Shown here: piece after piece, positions 30,079 to 40,647 of the stretch
Layout: every line of letters starts with the position of its first letter
Numbering within the stretch: the stretch's first letter is position 1
Origin: an uncultured delta proteobacterium
GTDB taxonomy: Bacteria; Desulfobacterota; Desulfobacteria; Desulfobacterales; B30-G6
Reading direction: 5' to 3'
NCBI GenBank assembly: GCA_963823335.1
Contig: CAWGLD010000005.1
Coordinates: 434,831-498,830, forward strand
Length of the DNA stretch: 64,000 nt
Notes under the pieces: generated by a model
What the model was told of the DNA's origin: nothing
What the model saw: only the letters and a program-made list of their open reading frames with translations
Databases searched by the model: none
Made by a program: the position numbers and the translations under genes

Positions 30079-32685
30079 TTATTTTGTTCTCATCCTTTTT
30101 ACGTCTGGATGGTGCTTGACAGTGTCGGCTGATAACCCCGCTGGCAGATCGACATTGAAAGAAGTGTTGAAATCAATGCCACCAAGATCCTTGTTAACAT
30201 GGATAGCTGTTGGCTGATCCAAAGAATTATAGGCACCGGAAGATTCTCCGGCGTCACCGATAAGAAAATCATTATCGGAGTCTGTACCGGCAAAGACAAT
30301 GTAATCACCTTCCGAAACCGAAGGGAATTTGTAGGCATAGGACCCATTAATGGCGATTGCTTCATCATAGTAGTGAGTTAGGTAGGTATTGGCATCAAGA
30401 AGCAATACATAATGAAATCCCGAATCGCCTGAAACCGCTATGCTCCCTGTGAACATGGTCACTGACAGGCCGACTTCGTTTTCACTCGAATCAAAGGTAA
30501 TCGTTGCGTAATAGGGCCCGTCTGGTAATCCACTGCGATTGACAGCCACCGTGTAGGTGCCGAGACCATCACCATCGACAATATTGGGCGTTACCGTCAG
30601 CCAGTCGGCATTGTCGGTAACGCTCTGAACCGTCAAGAAGTTGTCATTTGATTTGTTTACAGTTAACAGTATTTCTTCCGTTTCATTCCCAAAATTCAGA
30701 GATAGCGGGTTGATAATCAGAAATGATGGGATTTGCCCCGGATCTGCTGCCGCCAGGACGGCCTTGTATGCGTCGATGAGCCCATAGCCAAAGTTATTAT
30801 CCCTTATTGTGGGTCCATTTCCGGCCAGATCTTCTGTAATGACACCTTGACTTATAAGTATGTCCAACGCATCAGGGGTCAATTCAGGATATATGGATTT
30901 CATCAGCGCAACAACGCCAGCCACATGGGGTGATGCCATGGAGGTGCCCTGGGCGTAGCTGTAAACATTCTGAATTGTGCCCCCCGGAGATGAATCATCG
31001 CCGCTGGTGCTCAAAACACCGTCGCCATAGCCGTCGTTGTTGATATCCTTGGAGAAGTCGCCTCCGGGAGCTGCCACATCGATGGTCGTACCATAGTTGG
31101 AATAGGGTGCCAGTTCCTTTTCAGGTCCCACAGCACTGACTGAGACAACACCTTCGTAGGCCGCAGGATAATTGAGGGCACTGCTATCTTCGTTGCCTGC
31201 CGCAGCGATGATGATAACACCTGTCGAACGAACCTGCTCGACAATATCCTGTTCAGACCGAGAGAAAGATCTTCCCCCTAAACTCATGTTGACAATGTCT
31301 GCCCGTTGGTTGGGAGTAGTGCCTGAATCATTGTCCAGCCCTGCGGCGTACAGCATTGCTTCCATGATGTCTGAACTGAGACCGCCGCCCACGCCCAAGG
31401 CTCTCAACGGCATGATGGTGGATTGAAATGCGATACCGGCTACACCCATAGCGTTATCGGAGGCAGCGCCGATGGTGCCGGATACATGCGTACCGTGAAA
31501 GGAGCTTCCGCCTTGATTATTATCGCCCACGTCCTCGGGATTATCGTCAATGCCGTCGCCATCCTGTGAGATTTTATTTGAACTGATGAAATCATAGCCG
31601 TCCGGCGACAGTTGTCCTTGTATATCGGGATGCCCTGATAAAATACCCGTATCGATGACTGCTACGATGACATCGCTGTTACCCTGGGTGATGTCCCAGG
31701 CCTGGGGAAGATTGATCAAGGGATAATGCCACTGCTTGGCATAGTGGGTATCGTTGGGCACAAAAAATGGGCGCCGGATATAGTTGGGCTCTGCATAACG
31801 AATACCCGGGTCGCGATTCAAAGCATCGATGACTCGCAGGGTGTCCAGTTTGAGCTGTTGGTCTTCATTACGGGTCTGATAAAGAGCCCTGTTGGTTTCC
31901 GGAGGGGCTATTCTTAATTCCTGGAAAACCTGTTGTCTACTTTCCGGTGTGAATTGGTACAAGCGGGTGCTGCCGTGTCTCATAGCCGTGTTCGACATGG
32001 ACGAAAAGAATGTCCGTCTTGGTGATAGGCTGGTTTGCTTGTCTGTTCTTGTTTCTTTGCGGAAGGCAACGATGATGTGCCCGGGTGCAAATTCGTCATT
32101 CATTCGTGGATCGAGAACATTTGCAGACGCAATGGGTTGACCGACAGTCAAGATATAATTGGACGCACCTTGAAGTGCGCTTACTTCGATATAAAAATCT
32201 CCGGCCGCAGGCGCAGTTACTGTTTCCGTCGCGCCGGTACCAGTGGAACTATCCACAATACTTTCATTTTTATCGTACAAGTATAAATCAAAATCCGGTT
32301 GCGTGTCCGAATAATCGGCGATGTAAAGGGTAATGGTTTGATTGCTGGTTAACGTTACCGAATAAAAATCCTTTAGATCACCACTGGAATAAGAACGCCC
32401 CACCTGTCCACCATCACCGACCCATCCAGTTCCGGGAGTATTGACATAACCTCCTAAAATAGCCGGGTTTGGTATTGTTTGAGCATCAGCAAATGTATCA
32501 TTGCTATCATAGTCAGCATAAATATCATTGACATCGCTGTCTATGAAGGAGTTGTTTGCCGCCAGGATAGCTCCGCTGACTGAATATGTCTCGGTATTGC
32601 CACCACCACCACCACCACACCCAAAAAGATAAGACAAAAGCAAGATAGCAATAGTGTTATTGATCCATATCGAATATTTTTTCAT
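30079..32685 (-). CDS. S8 (subtilisin-like) serine protease lipoprotein with PPC-like and C-terminal beta domains
   Basis: Lipobox LFGC; catalytic triad motifs VIDTG, HGTHVSG, GTSMASPHVAG. Confidence 0.93.
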   Translation of the reverse strand: MKKYSIWINNTIAILLLSYLFGCGGGGGGNTETYSVSGAILAANNSFIDSDVNDIYADYDSNDTFADAQTIPNPAILGGYVNTPGTGWVGDGGQVGRSYSSGDLKDFYSVTLTSNQTITLYIADYSDTQPDFDLYLYDKNESIVDSSTGTGATETVTAPAAGDFYIEVSALQGASNYILTVGQPIASANVLDPRMNDEFAPGHIIVAFRKETRTDKQTSLSPRRTFFSSMSNTAMRHGSTRLYQFTPESRQQVFQELRIAPPETNRALYQTRNEDQQLKLDTLRVIDALNRDPGIRYAEPNYIRRPFFVPNDTHYAKQWHYPLINLPQAWDITQGNSDVIVAVIDTGILSGHPDIQGQLSPDGYDFISSNKISQDGDGIDDNPEDVGDNNQGGSSFHGTHVSGTIGAASDNAMGVAGIAFQSTIMPLRALGVGGGLSSDIMEAMLYAAGLDNDSGTTPNQRADIVNMSLGGRSFSRSEQDIVEQVRSTGVIIIAAAGNEDSSALNYPAAYEGVVSVSAVGPEKELAPYSNYGTTIDVAAPGGDFSKDINNDGYGDGVLSTSGDDSSPGGTIQNVYSYAQGTSMASPHVAGVVALMKSIYPELTPDALDILISQGVITEDLAGNGPTIRDNNFGYGLIDAYKAVLAAADPGQIPSFLIINPLSLNFGNETEEILLTVNKSNDNFLTVQSVTDNADWLTVTPNIVDGDGLGTYTVAVNRSGLPDGPYYATITFDSSENEVGLSVTMFTGSIAVSGDSGFHYVLLLDANTYLTHYYDEAIAINGSYAYKFPSVSEGDYIVFAGTDSDNDFLIGDAGESSGAYNSLDQPTAIHVNKDLGGIDFNTSFNVDLPAGLSADTVKHHPDVKRMRTK

Positions 32686-33058
32686 TTGCTTTGTTCCTCA
32701 AAACATAGACCGCAACAGAGAGCGTGCTCCTCCTGGTTTGCAAGCGATCCAGGTTTGTCGGGGCCGCGTGGTAAGCGAGCGGAACTTAGAATTAGCATAA
32801 TTATAAGCAGTTTGCAATCCAAGCATATATTCGTTACCGGATGCATAGACGCTGCTTCGAAACTTTTATTCTTGTTGGAATAAATTTTCATGCACAAACG
32901 CGCACAACGAAGCATGAAACATAAATTTAATTGAAATGCCATAGCTATCCTCTAAGAAATGGAGCATAATAATTTATCACTTGAAGTATAGAAATCTGTT
33001 GACAATCTCCGATCGATATATATTATTTGTCAAAAATAATAATCCGAGGTTCGATAAT

Positions 33059-33238
33059 ATGCCGGTATATGAATTTAAATGCAGTGAAGGAACGATTACT
33101 GAACAATTTGTAAAGATGGGCACAAAAGAGATAGAATGCCCCAAGTGTCATAAAAAAGCCAAGAAAATCATATCCCCCTGCACGTTCAACCTGAAGGGCG
33201 GTGGCTGGTATGCAGACGGGTACACTAAAAAATCTTAA
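33059..33238 (+). CDS. FmdB family zinc-ribbon protein
   Basis: MPVYEFKC...CPKC...FNLKGGGWYADGY; ATG after GAGG. Confidence 0.85.
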   Translation: MPVYEFKCSEGTITEQFVKMGTKEIECPKCHKKAKKIISPCTFNLKGGGWYADGYTKKS

Positions 33239-33307
33239 TCCATAATCTTCGATGATGGGTTAAGATTTTTAGTACGCGACTTCGTCGCTAATATTTTATG
33301 AGATTTG

Positions 33308-33338
33308 GCCACATTAACGGTGTGGCTTTTTTCTTTTT
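33308..33338 (+). terminator. Rho-independent terminator
   Basis: GCCACATT-AAC-GGTGTGGC followed by a T-run. Confidence 0.65.
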
Positions 33339-33646
33339 AAGCCATCGATAGACCCGTGGAAGCACAACTCCTGGATTTTTCGAACCCTTTAGCCAGGACA
33401 TTTAATTAAATAACCTGTATATATTCTTTCCACATACAAGTTTCTTCATCTTATTTTTCCATCACTACAGTATTATTGACCGATAGTCCAAAATTGCATC
33501 CAAGTATTAAATTTGAACCGAAACAGCGAGCGTATTCCCCGCAGCTTGCTACAGGGATAGGGATTTTTGCCTTTCCAAATGGAGCGACAACGTCGCGTTT
33601 TAAAAAATCGTTTCACGATTTTTTGCCTATATTGATGTTTTAGCTC

Positions 33647-33674
33647 TTGACACACACTATATATTGTGTAAAAC
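33647..33674 (+). promoter_or_regulatory. Sigma70-type promoter with an NrdR-box-like palindrome in the spacer
   Basis: TTGACA (33647-33652)-N16-TAAAAC; ACACTATATATTGTGT at 33654-33669 fits the NrdR consensus acaCwAtATaTwGtgt. Confidence 0.55.
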
Positions 33675-33680
33675 AATGTT

Positions 33681-33832
33681 TGCGCTTAAGTGAAAGAGGT
33701 TGCTCACCGGAACCTGAGCTGGACGAAAACTCTGTGCTGATCTGTTAAAATCTGCTTTCCTGTGAATGTTGATAAGCGCATCCCTGGATAGGGCCCTTGA
33801 AGATGTTTTGTCTTCAAGGGCCCTTTTTATTT
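33681..33832 (+). ncRNA. Candidate small RNA or leader of unknown family
   Basis: Promoter immediately upstream; closing stem TGCGCTTA (33681)...TAAGCGCA (33780); strong terminator immediately downstream; no convincing ORF. Confidence 0.45.
33790..33832 (+). terminator. Rho-independent terminator
   Basis: AGGGCCCTTGAAGA-loop-TCTTCAAGGGCCCT followed by TTTTATTTT. Confidence 0.85.
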
Positions 33833-33952
33833 TGACAAAACTGGTTAAGATCAATATAAAAATATAATTGTTGCCGATTTTATCTGATGCGGCTTGGCCG
33901 CTAAAACAATTCAAAACTTCTAATTTAAAATCGATCTTTCGTGGGAGCTTTC

Positions 33953-34750
33953 ATGGCAAGATTTAATAGCGCTGGGTTGGAAGAGATGAACGCATTTTCA
34001 TTGGATCTGGTTCAACAGGCAGGAAAGGAAGCCCTCAAATATTATGGCAAAGGCAGATCACACTCCGTTTTTGATCAGAGCCTTGTCACAGAAGCCGAAC
34101 TGCGATTGTCGAATTTATTCCAGGAGCAGCTGAACCATCGCTTTCCCGATCATAAAGTTTTCAATAGTGGCAATATCGGCAATGAATATTCCCATGACAA
34201 GAAGAGATATCTCTGGATTTTCGACCCCATTGACGGGGTGGACAACTTCCAGGCCGGTATACCCATCTGGGGCATGTCGCTGGCACTTCTTGACAATTTC
34301 TGGCCTATTTTGGGGCTATTCCACATGCCGGCAACAGGGGATTTATTCCACGCCCAGGCAGACAAGCGTGCATTCTGGGGCAAAATAAATATCAATGTCA
34401 ACACCAAGGAAAATGTAGATGACGAAAGTCTGCTGTTGACCTTTTCAAGATTTCATCAGCATTACAGCTGTAAATTTCCAGGCAAAATAAGGAATTTGGG
34501 CTGCACTGCTGCCCACATATGCTATGTGGCCAAGGGCAGGGCAGACGCCGCTGTCATCGCCAATGAGTCGTACCAGGATCTGGCTGCCACGCGGGTGATA
34601 ATCGAGGCCGCCGGTGGCAAAATCAGCAAAATGGATGGCAGCGATTTCCATCTGAACGAATATATCGACGGCGGACGCATACCAGAACATCTTCTGGTGG
34701 CGTCACCTGAGAATCTGAAGCAGGTTTTGGCCTACCTGGAAAGAAATTAA
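33953..34750 (+). CDS. Inositol monophosphatase family protein
   Basis: VTEAE, WIFDPIDGVDNF, DLAA..VIIEAAGG. Confidence 0.88.
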   Translation: MARFNSAGLEEMNAFSLDLVQQAGKEALKYYGKGRSHSVFDQSLVTEAELRLSNLFQEQLNHRFPDHKVFNSGNIGNEYSHDKKRYLWIFDPIDGVDNFQAGIPIWGMSLALLDNFWPILGLFHMPATGDLFHAQADKRAFWGKININVNTKENVDDESLLLTFSRFHQHYSCKFPGKIRNLGCTAAHICYVAKGRADAAVIANESYQDLAATRVIIEAAGGKISKMDGSDFHLNEYIDGGRIPEHLLVASPENLKQVLAYLERN

Positions 34751-34817
34751 GATAGGAATGCTGGGATGCTTGGAAGCTGTTGTCCGTATACAGCTTAAGA
34801 AGGTAGAAAGATTATTT

Positions 34818-34910
34818 TTACCACAGAGACACAGAGAACACAGAGATTAAATCATTTAGCATGTCGGGAGATACCGTCATGCTAAAAACCTCCTGCCATT
34901 TCATGGCAAG
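34818..34910. repeat. CACAGAG-unit element, solitary left arm
   Basis: CCACAGAGACACAGAGAACACAGAG then hairpin TTTAGCATGTCGG-GAGATA-CCGTCATGCTAAA; same loop as 59345-59378. Confidence 0.75.
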
Positions 34911-34982
34911 AGATTCTATCTTATTTGAAATAAAAAAAAGCGACAACGTCGCGTATGATAAAATCGCAAAGCGAGTTTATTT

Positions 34983-35360
34983 ATGATATCGAATGTAAAA
35001 ATCGTCGTGGTGGATAAGGACAAGCTGGTCAGGGAATTTACGGTGGATGTGCTGGAATTCTGCGTCAACAGGGAAGTGCTGGCATTTGACAATGGCGGTG
35101 ACGCATGGGATTTTATCCAAACGCCTGATAACGCTCATGTCATTATAGTCGATGCAGAAATTCCTATTATGAATGGATTCGATCTTTTAAAAAATATCAA
35201 AGAGAAATTCCCCGAAAAAATCTGTATAATCATGTCTCATAAGTACCAGAATGAAAAAGTTGCCAAGGAGCTAGGGGCGGATGCCTTTTTAGCCAAACCG
35301 TTTTATATCGATGAGCTTTTTGAGTTGGTACAGCAATATGTTGTAGCTGATAGTAGATAG
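34983..35360 (+). CDS. Single-domain response regulator
   Basis: IVVVD, IIVDAEIPIMNGFDLL, FLAKPF. Confidence 0.85.
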   Translation: MISNVKIVVVDKDKLVREFTVDVLEFCVNREVLAFDNGGDAWDFIQTPDNAHVIIVDAEIPIMNGFDLLKNIKEKFPEKICIIMSHKYQNEKVAKELGADAFLAKPFYIDELFELVQQYVVADSR

Positions 35361-35510
35361 CGGAAAGCTCATAGCTCAAAGGCAGTAGGGATCTGGGAGA
35401 CAGGAGGTCACTATCGGCGCATTGCTCATAGCAACCCTAATATAGCGACGAAGTTCGCGTCTGATAAAATCGCGCAGCGATTATATTTCAGCATTCAAAC
35501 CCGCTATCAA

Positions 35511-36554
35511 CTATGCTTCTTCATTTTTGTGTGGTGGTATTATCCCCAGATCACTGATCTTGTACAACAGTGTTTTATAACTTATTTTCAAGATCTTGGT
35601 GGCTTTGCTGCGGTTCCAGCCTGTTTTATCCAGTACGTGGGATATGACCTCTTTTTCAACCCGATCCAGAGCCGTTTTCCTGATTGTTTTAAGTGAGAAA
35701 GAGGGATCGTCGGGCGAATCCTTGCCGTTGAAATCAAGTATTCCTTTGTTGCCTGCGGCATGCTTGTCAGATAGCGTCCCCTCCGGCGTATCGGGATTTG
35801 CATCTGCCCGGCGGTGCATTTCATCTAGAATTTTTTCGGCGTCACCTAGTACGAGCATGCGTTTGAGAATGTTTTGGAGTTCCCGAACATTTCCCGGCCA
35901 GGGGTATTTTGTCAATTCATCAATCACAGTATCGCTTGGCTGGATAATCTTATCGGAATTGAAGAGCAGTGAATATTCTTTTAAGTAGTAATCCACCAGA
36001 TGAGGAATGTCTTCAGGTCGTTCGCGTAAAGGTTGGATGTAGATTCTGATGATGTTGAGACGATAATAGAGATCTTCCCTGAATTTACCTTCGGAAATTT
36101 CCTTTTCCAGTTCGTGGTTGGTGGCTGCAATGACCCAAGTGTCTGTCGTGAACTCTTTTTCAGAGCCCAGAGGAGCAAAGGCGCCGCCCTGGAGAACATG
36201 CAGCAGTTTTGCCTGAAGGGGAAGGGACATGTCCCCGATTTCGTCGAGCATGAGAACACCTTTGTTGGCCAGTTCGAACTTGCCCCTTGTCTTTCTATCA
36301 GCACCGGTAAAGGCGCCTTTTTCATACCCGAACAGTTCGCTTTCGAGTAGGCCGTCCGGTAGCGCAGCACAATTTACTTTGATAAACGGTTTTCCGTTTC
36401 TCGAAGATTTTTGATAGAGGGTCTGGGCCACCACTTCCTTGCCAACGCCGCTTTCCCCACAAATCACCGTATTCAAACCGGTATCGGCAATGTGGTTGAT
36501 GACTTCTCGAATTTTTACGATATTTTCGCTTACGCCGATTATTGGACGAGACAT
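35511..36554 (-). CDS. Sigma54 enhancer-binding protein lacking a sensory domain (AAA+ and Fis HTH)
   Basis: GESGVGKE, ESELFG, GAFTGA, LDEIG, FREDLYYRL, WPGNVREL. Confidence 0.93.
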   Translation of the reverse strand: MSRPIIGVSENIVKIREVINHIADTGLNTVICGESGVGKEVVAQTLYQKSSRNGKPFIKVNCAALPDGLLESELFGYEKGAFTGADRKTRGKFELANKGVLMLDEIGDMSLPLQAKLLHVLQGGAFAPLGSEKEFTTDTWVIAATNHELEKEISEGKFREDLYYRLNIIRIYIQPLRERPEDIPHLVDYYLKEYSLLFNSDKIIQPSDTVIDELTKYPWPGNVRELQNILKRMLVLGDAEKILDEMHRRADANPDTPEGTLSDKHAAGNKGILDFNGKDSPDDPSFSLKTIRKTALDRVEKEVISHVLDKTGWNRSKATKILKISYKTLLYKISDLGIIPPHKNEEA

Positions 36555-36648
36555 AATTTTACAATTACCTTCTGATGTTCAATTCAAGAAAAATGGTATT
36601 TGCTGTTTGCAAAAAAAAGCGACTGAGTTGCGTCAGATAAAATCAGAC

Positions 36649-37038
36649 TTACGATTTTATTAATAGCTTGGAAATATGACTTTCCAGTTTATCGAGTTTA
36701 AATGGCTTTTCCATCACGAGATCAGCGTGAGCTTCTCGAGCCAGTGATTCGGGTTGTTCCCCATAGCCTGTGATAGCTATGACCGGGATCGCGGGGTTTC
36801 GTTTTTTTATAATTGCGGTAATGGCAACACCGCTGATATTTGGCATAACAAGGTCGGTAATCACCAGATCAAAATCAACCGTAGCTGCTTCAAGGAGCTT
36901 CAAGGCATCCAGACCATTTGAGGCCGATACAACCTCATAACCCTTTTTGTTAAGGAAACCCTTCAGGGAAACGAGAATTTCCTCATTGTCATCGATGACC
37001 AGTAGCCGATACTTTTTATCCACTTGCTGATACCTCAT
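36649..37038 (-). CDS. Single-domain response regulator
   Basis: LVIDD, ITDLVMPNISG, ITGY, EKPF. Confidence 0.88.
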   Translation of the reverse strand: MRYQQVDKKYRLLVIDDNEEILVSLKGFLNKKGYEVVSASNGLDALKLLEAATVDFDLVITDLVMPNISGVAITAIIKKRNPAIPVIAITGYGEQPESLAREAHADLVMEKPFKLDKLESHISKLLIKS

Positions 37039-37485
37039 TCTACGCGGCAAGGCCGCGACATATAAATTTATATAATTAATTTATTATTACATGTATTACC
37101 TAATTGCAACTCAAAACAGTTAACTATAGCGAATTTATTTACCAACAGCCTTTCAGCTCTTAATCCTTATGTCCGGCAAACATTGACATTTATATCAAAA
37201 AATGCTATTTATTCTGAAAAAGTCTGCTGATAACTGGTAAAGTTTTACATAATGTGGAAGCGATTTCCGAATTCTTATAATAGACCAGGCTTAGAAAGAA
37301 ATACATTTTCAACTAACTGTAATCGCAACAAAAAGTAAGTTTATCTCGTATTGGTCGTCCTCGACCTGCGATATGTGCCGCAGCAATTCTGGGACTGGTA
37401 TATTCGTATGCGACGTTGTCAATGAAACCTTTTCAGCCAGCATCTTCAACGATAACATCCCTTTTTATTCAGTGATCTATCCGAA

Positions 37486-37500
37486 AGGCATGGAATTTGC
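37486..37500 (+). promoter_or_regulatory. Sigma54 -24/-12 promoter
   Basis: AGGCAT-GGAAT-TTGC (GG-N10-GC) about 60 nt before the 37559 operon. Confidence 0.6.
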
Positions 37501-37558
37501 TTGATACCATGGAACTTGGAACTGCTTCCATAAATTCTATCGAGATTCGGTCTGATTT

Positions 37559-38968
37559 ATGCTTGAGAAAAAACAAAATAGAATCGTCATTCTTGAAGAA
37601 AATCATACACGTCGGGATTATCTGAAGTCCATCGTATCGCAAGGCTCGGACCTGGCGTTTTGTTTTGGGCAGGTGGCCAGTTGTTTTGATAACGTGTTTC
37701 ATCTCAACCCGGACCTCATCGTGGTGGGGTCCTTGCCACGTGAGGACATCATCCGATTTATCAATGCCCATAGTGCTACACAATGCGATTTTCCTTCCAT
37801 TCTGATCACCAAAGATACGATTGTTAAGCGTTATCTCGAGCTCAACAACGGCCGAGGAATTTTTGCTTGTGATTCGGAACTGAGCCTTGCCCGGAACAAA
37901 AAATCTGCATCTAAAATATATAATAATCCTCAGCATCTATATACTGGAGAAGACTCACCCATTCTTGTCGGCAGCAGTTCATGGGTATCGGAGATTAGAG
38001 CGGCACTGCCAGGTTTGATTCGGTCGCATGAAAATGTGCTTATCCAGGGTGAAAAGGGTGCTGGCAAGGAATTTCTCGCTCGAATCATTCACTTTGGTGA
38101 AGAGCAATATGCACACGGTGTGTTTGCCAAGATGTCGGCGTCCCTGCTCCAAGGTTGCGCGTCACGAGTCTCATTGATCGACAATCTACGGAACACCTGT
38201 GCCTCCATGGATCTGAGCCTTCGCGGAAAGGAAAATAAAGGGGTTCCGGTCACACTCTATATTGACGAGCTGTGTGACATCCCCGAGTTTCTACAACGTG
38301 ATATTTTGATGCTCATAAACTGCGAGAGGATAAACGACAGCGTCAAAGAAAATATGAACATTGAAAACCTGCGGCTGCTTGCCGGTACGAGTGTGGATAC
38401 TGATAAAATAGTTTCCGGCGAGATCCTAAGAAAAGATATATTTTATCGCCTCAACGTGTTAAAGATTAGCGTGCCGCCGTTGAGGCATAGAAAAGAAGAC
38501 ATACCCTTTATCATCGACTTTTTGGTGTACAGATATTGCAAACGGTATGGGAAAAGCTACTTTGAAATGCCGGGGAAAGCCAAACAAGCATTTTTACAAT
38601 ATCACTGGCCTGGAAACATGCGTGAAATGGAAGAAGTGGTCAAACGTATGGTGCTCGGGGGTGAAAACCAGACCTTGCTGAAGAATATTCTGCCCCAAGA
38701 GACCCCTATAGATACGAGGCCACCTGGCATGTGGTTGGAAAGCCTGCGCTTTATCGATCAAACCATCAGCGCCAAGGAATATTTAAACTTTGCAGGAAAT
38801 AGGCCGATGAAACAGATATCTGCCGAATTTATGGCCGAAGTCGAAAAGAAAGTGATGAAGAGCGCGCTTTCGTCAACCAACTGGAATCGAAAAAGGGCGG
38901 CGTCTATATTGAATATCAGCTACAAGTCGATTCTGAATAAAATCAAATACTATGGATTAGTTTCATGA
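37559..38968 (+). CDS. Degenerate NtrC-like regulator (pseudo-receiver, AAA+ without GAFTGA, Fis HTH)
   Basis: GEKGAGKE, LYIDE, DIFYRL, WPGNMREM, WNRKRAASILNISYK; no GAFTGA. Confidence 0.8.
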   Translation: MLEKKQNRIVILEENHTRRDYLKSIVSQGSDLAFCFGQVASCFDNVFHLNPDLIVVGSLPREDIIRFINAHSATQCDFPSILITKDTIVKRYLELNNGRGIFACDSELSLARNKKSASKIYNNPQHLYTGEDSPILVGSSSWVSEIRAALPGLIRSHENVLIQGEKGAGKEFLARIIHFGEEQYAHGVFAKMSASLLQGCASRVSLIDNLRNTCASMDLSLRGKENKGVPVTLYIDELCDIPEFLQRDILMLINCERINDSVKENMNIENLRLLAGTSVDTDKIVSGEILRKDIFYRLNVLKISVPPLRHRKEDIPFIIDFLVYRYCKRYGKSYFEMPGKAKQAFLQYHWPGNMREMEEVVKRMVLGGENQTLLKNILPQETPIDTRPPGMWLESLRFIDQTISAKEYLNFAGNRPMKQISAEFMAEVEKKVMKSALSSTNWNRKRAASILNISYKSILNKIKYYGLVS

Positions 38969-40587
38969 ACCAGACAACAGATACGCTAAACCCCATGCAG
39001 ATTATCGACATCGTGAAACGGCGGCGCTGGTATTTAATGCTGCCTTTTTTCGCGTCGTTGATCGTTGGAATCGTTTTGGCCATTGTCTTGCCAAAAGTTT
39101 ACGTGGCGAGCACCATGATTTTGGTGCAACCTCAAAAGGTTCCAGATGAATATGTCCGTTCCATCGTTTCCACCGACATCGATTCCAGGATCAACACCAT
39201 ATCCCAGCAGATCTTGAGCCGTTCGAACATCGAGCGGATTATAAAAGAATTCAATCTGTTCTCCGAGGTCAATCAACAGAATATGTTCATGGAGGACAAG
39301 GTCGAGCTCATGCGTAAATGGATATCGGTGGATTTGATTCGTGAAGATCGCCGCGGTCCGGCCGACGCATTTTCAATTTCATTCAGAGGTACGGATCCGG
39401 ACCTTGTGATGCGAGTTACCAATGCACTGGCTTCCTATTTTATCAATGAGAATCTACGGGTTCGCGAGGAACAAGCCTCAGGTACCAGTGATTTTCTGGA
39501 TGACGAGCTTGGTGACACCCGCTTGAAACTGGAAAAACAGGAAGAGGCACTCAAGGAATATCGGGCCCGGTACATGGGAGGACTTCCTGAGCAGCTTCAA
39601 ACCAATTTGCGTATTCTGGAAGGGTTACAGCTCCAGCAAAACATCAAGAACGAAGCCTTACGCTTCGCCAAGAACAATCTTTTGCTACTGGAGAAACAGA
39701 TTGAAGAAAGCACAATTATACGTAATTCAAACACCGGAAACTTTTCCGGTGTTATCCAGGATGACAGGTCTGAAAATCAAATCAAGCTGGAACAGCTTGA
39801 AAACCAGTTAACGGAGCTCGAGTTGAATTATACGCCGCGGCACCCGGACATCATTCGACTGAAAAAACAGATCGAAGATTTGACGGCAAAGATTGCCGCC
39901 GAAACAGATAGCGCTCCGGAAAAACCAGCCCCACAGGTCATCTTCAGCAGTGGCCAGAACCGGCTGATGGATGAGCGATCACGGCAGTTGCTGGAACGGG
40001 AAGATTTAAAACTTCAAATTGCAGGTCTGGAGTCCGAAATAAAAAAGAACGAAGGCCAGATGCTGCACTACCAACGCATGGTAGAGGACACGCCGAAAAG
40101 AGAACAGGAATTGATTTCTCTGAACCGGGACTACCAAAACATCAAGGCCAGTTATGATTCCTTGCTGAGTCGCAAGCTGGAGTCGGACATTGCCGTCAAC
40201 ATGGAAAAAAAGCAAAAAGGTGAGCAATTCCGTATCCTGGATCCGGCCAAGTTCCCCGAGAAACCGAGCGAGCCGGATATGAAAAAAATGTTTGTGATGG
40301 TGCTTGCGGCAGGTCTGGGGATTGGTGCCGGTTGGATATTTTTGTTGGAGTACATGGATACCTCGTTCCGAAAACCGGAAGGTGTGGAAGCAGCGCTGGG
40401 TGTCCCGGTGTTGTGCACCATTCCACAACTGTTTCAAGCCAGGGAACTGAGACTGGGGCGTATCAACCATGTGCTTTTCGCTGTTTCAGCCCTGGTCTCG
40501 TTGGGTCTCTTTTTGGGGTTTGCAGCTTTGACCCTAAAGGGCGTTGACAAGACGCTGGCATTTGTGCGGCAGTTTGTAGATATATAA
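38965..40587 (+). CDS. Polysaccharide chain-length determinant (Wzz/GumC, Wzc periplasmic part; PEP-CTERM-locus type)
   Basis: TM-LPKVY, coiled coils, YTPRHPDI, FRILDPAKFPEKP-TM. Confidence 0.9.
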   Translation: MNQTTDTLNPMQIIDIVKRRRWYLMLPFFASLIVGIVLAIVLPKVYVASTMILVQPQKVPDEYVRSIVSTDIDSRINTISQQILSRSNIERIIKEFNLFSEVNQQNMFMEDKVELMRKWISVDLIREDRRGPADAFSISFRGTDPDLVMRVTNALASYFINENLRVREEQASGTSDFLDDELGDTRLKLEKQEEALKEYRARYMGGLPEQLQTNLRILEGLQLQQNIKNEALRFAKNNLLLLEKQIEESTIIRNSNTGNFSGVIQDDRSENQIKLEQLENQLTELELNYTPRHPDIIRLKKQIEDLTAKIAAETDSAPEKPAPQVIFSSGQNRLMDERSRQLLEREDLKLQIAGLESEIKKNEGQMLHYQRMVEDTPKREQELISLNRDYQNIKASYDSLLSRKLESDIAVNMEKKQKGEQFRILDPAKFPEKPSEPDMKKMFVMVLAAGLGIGAGWIFLLEYMDTSFRKPEGVEAALGVPVLCTIPQLFQARELRLGRINHVLFAVSALVSLGLFLGFAALTLKGVDKTLAFVRQFVDI

Positions 40588-40647
40588 GAGGAGGTCATAG
40601 CTAATAGGATATAGCTGACAGTTTGGTGAAAATTAACAAAGCGAGGT

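Noticed and set aside
33681-33780. TPP or glycine riboswitch, or 6S RNA
   Set aside because: Only short motif resemblances (GAACCTGA, AAACTCT); the other conserved elements and expected length are missing.
36593-36610. Sigma54 promoter TGGTATTTGCTGTTTGC
   Set aside because: GG-to-GC spacing is not 10 nt and it faces away from the adjacent minus-strand gene.
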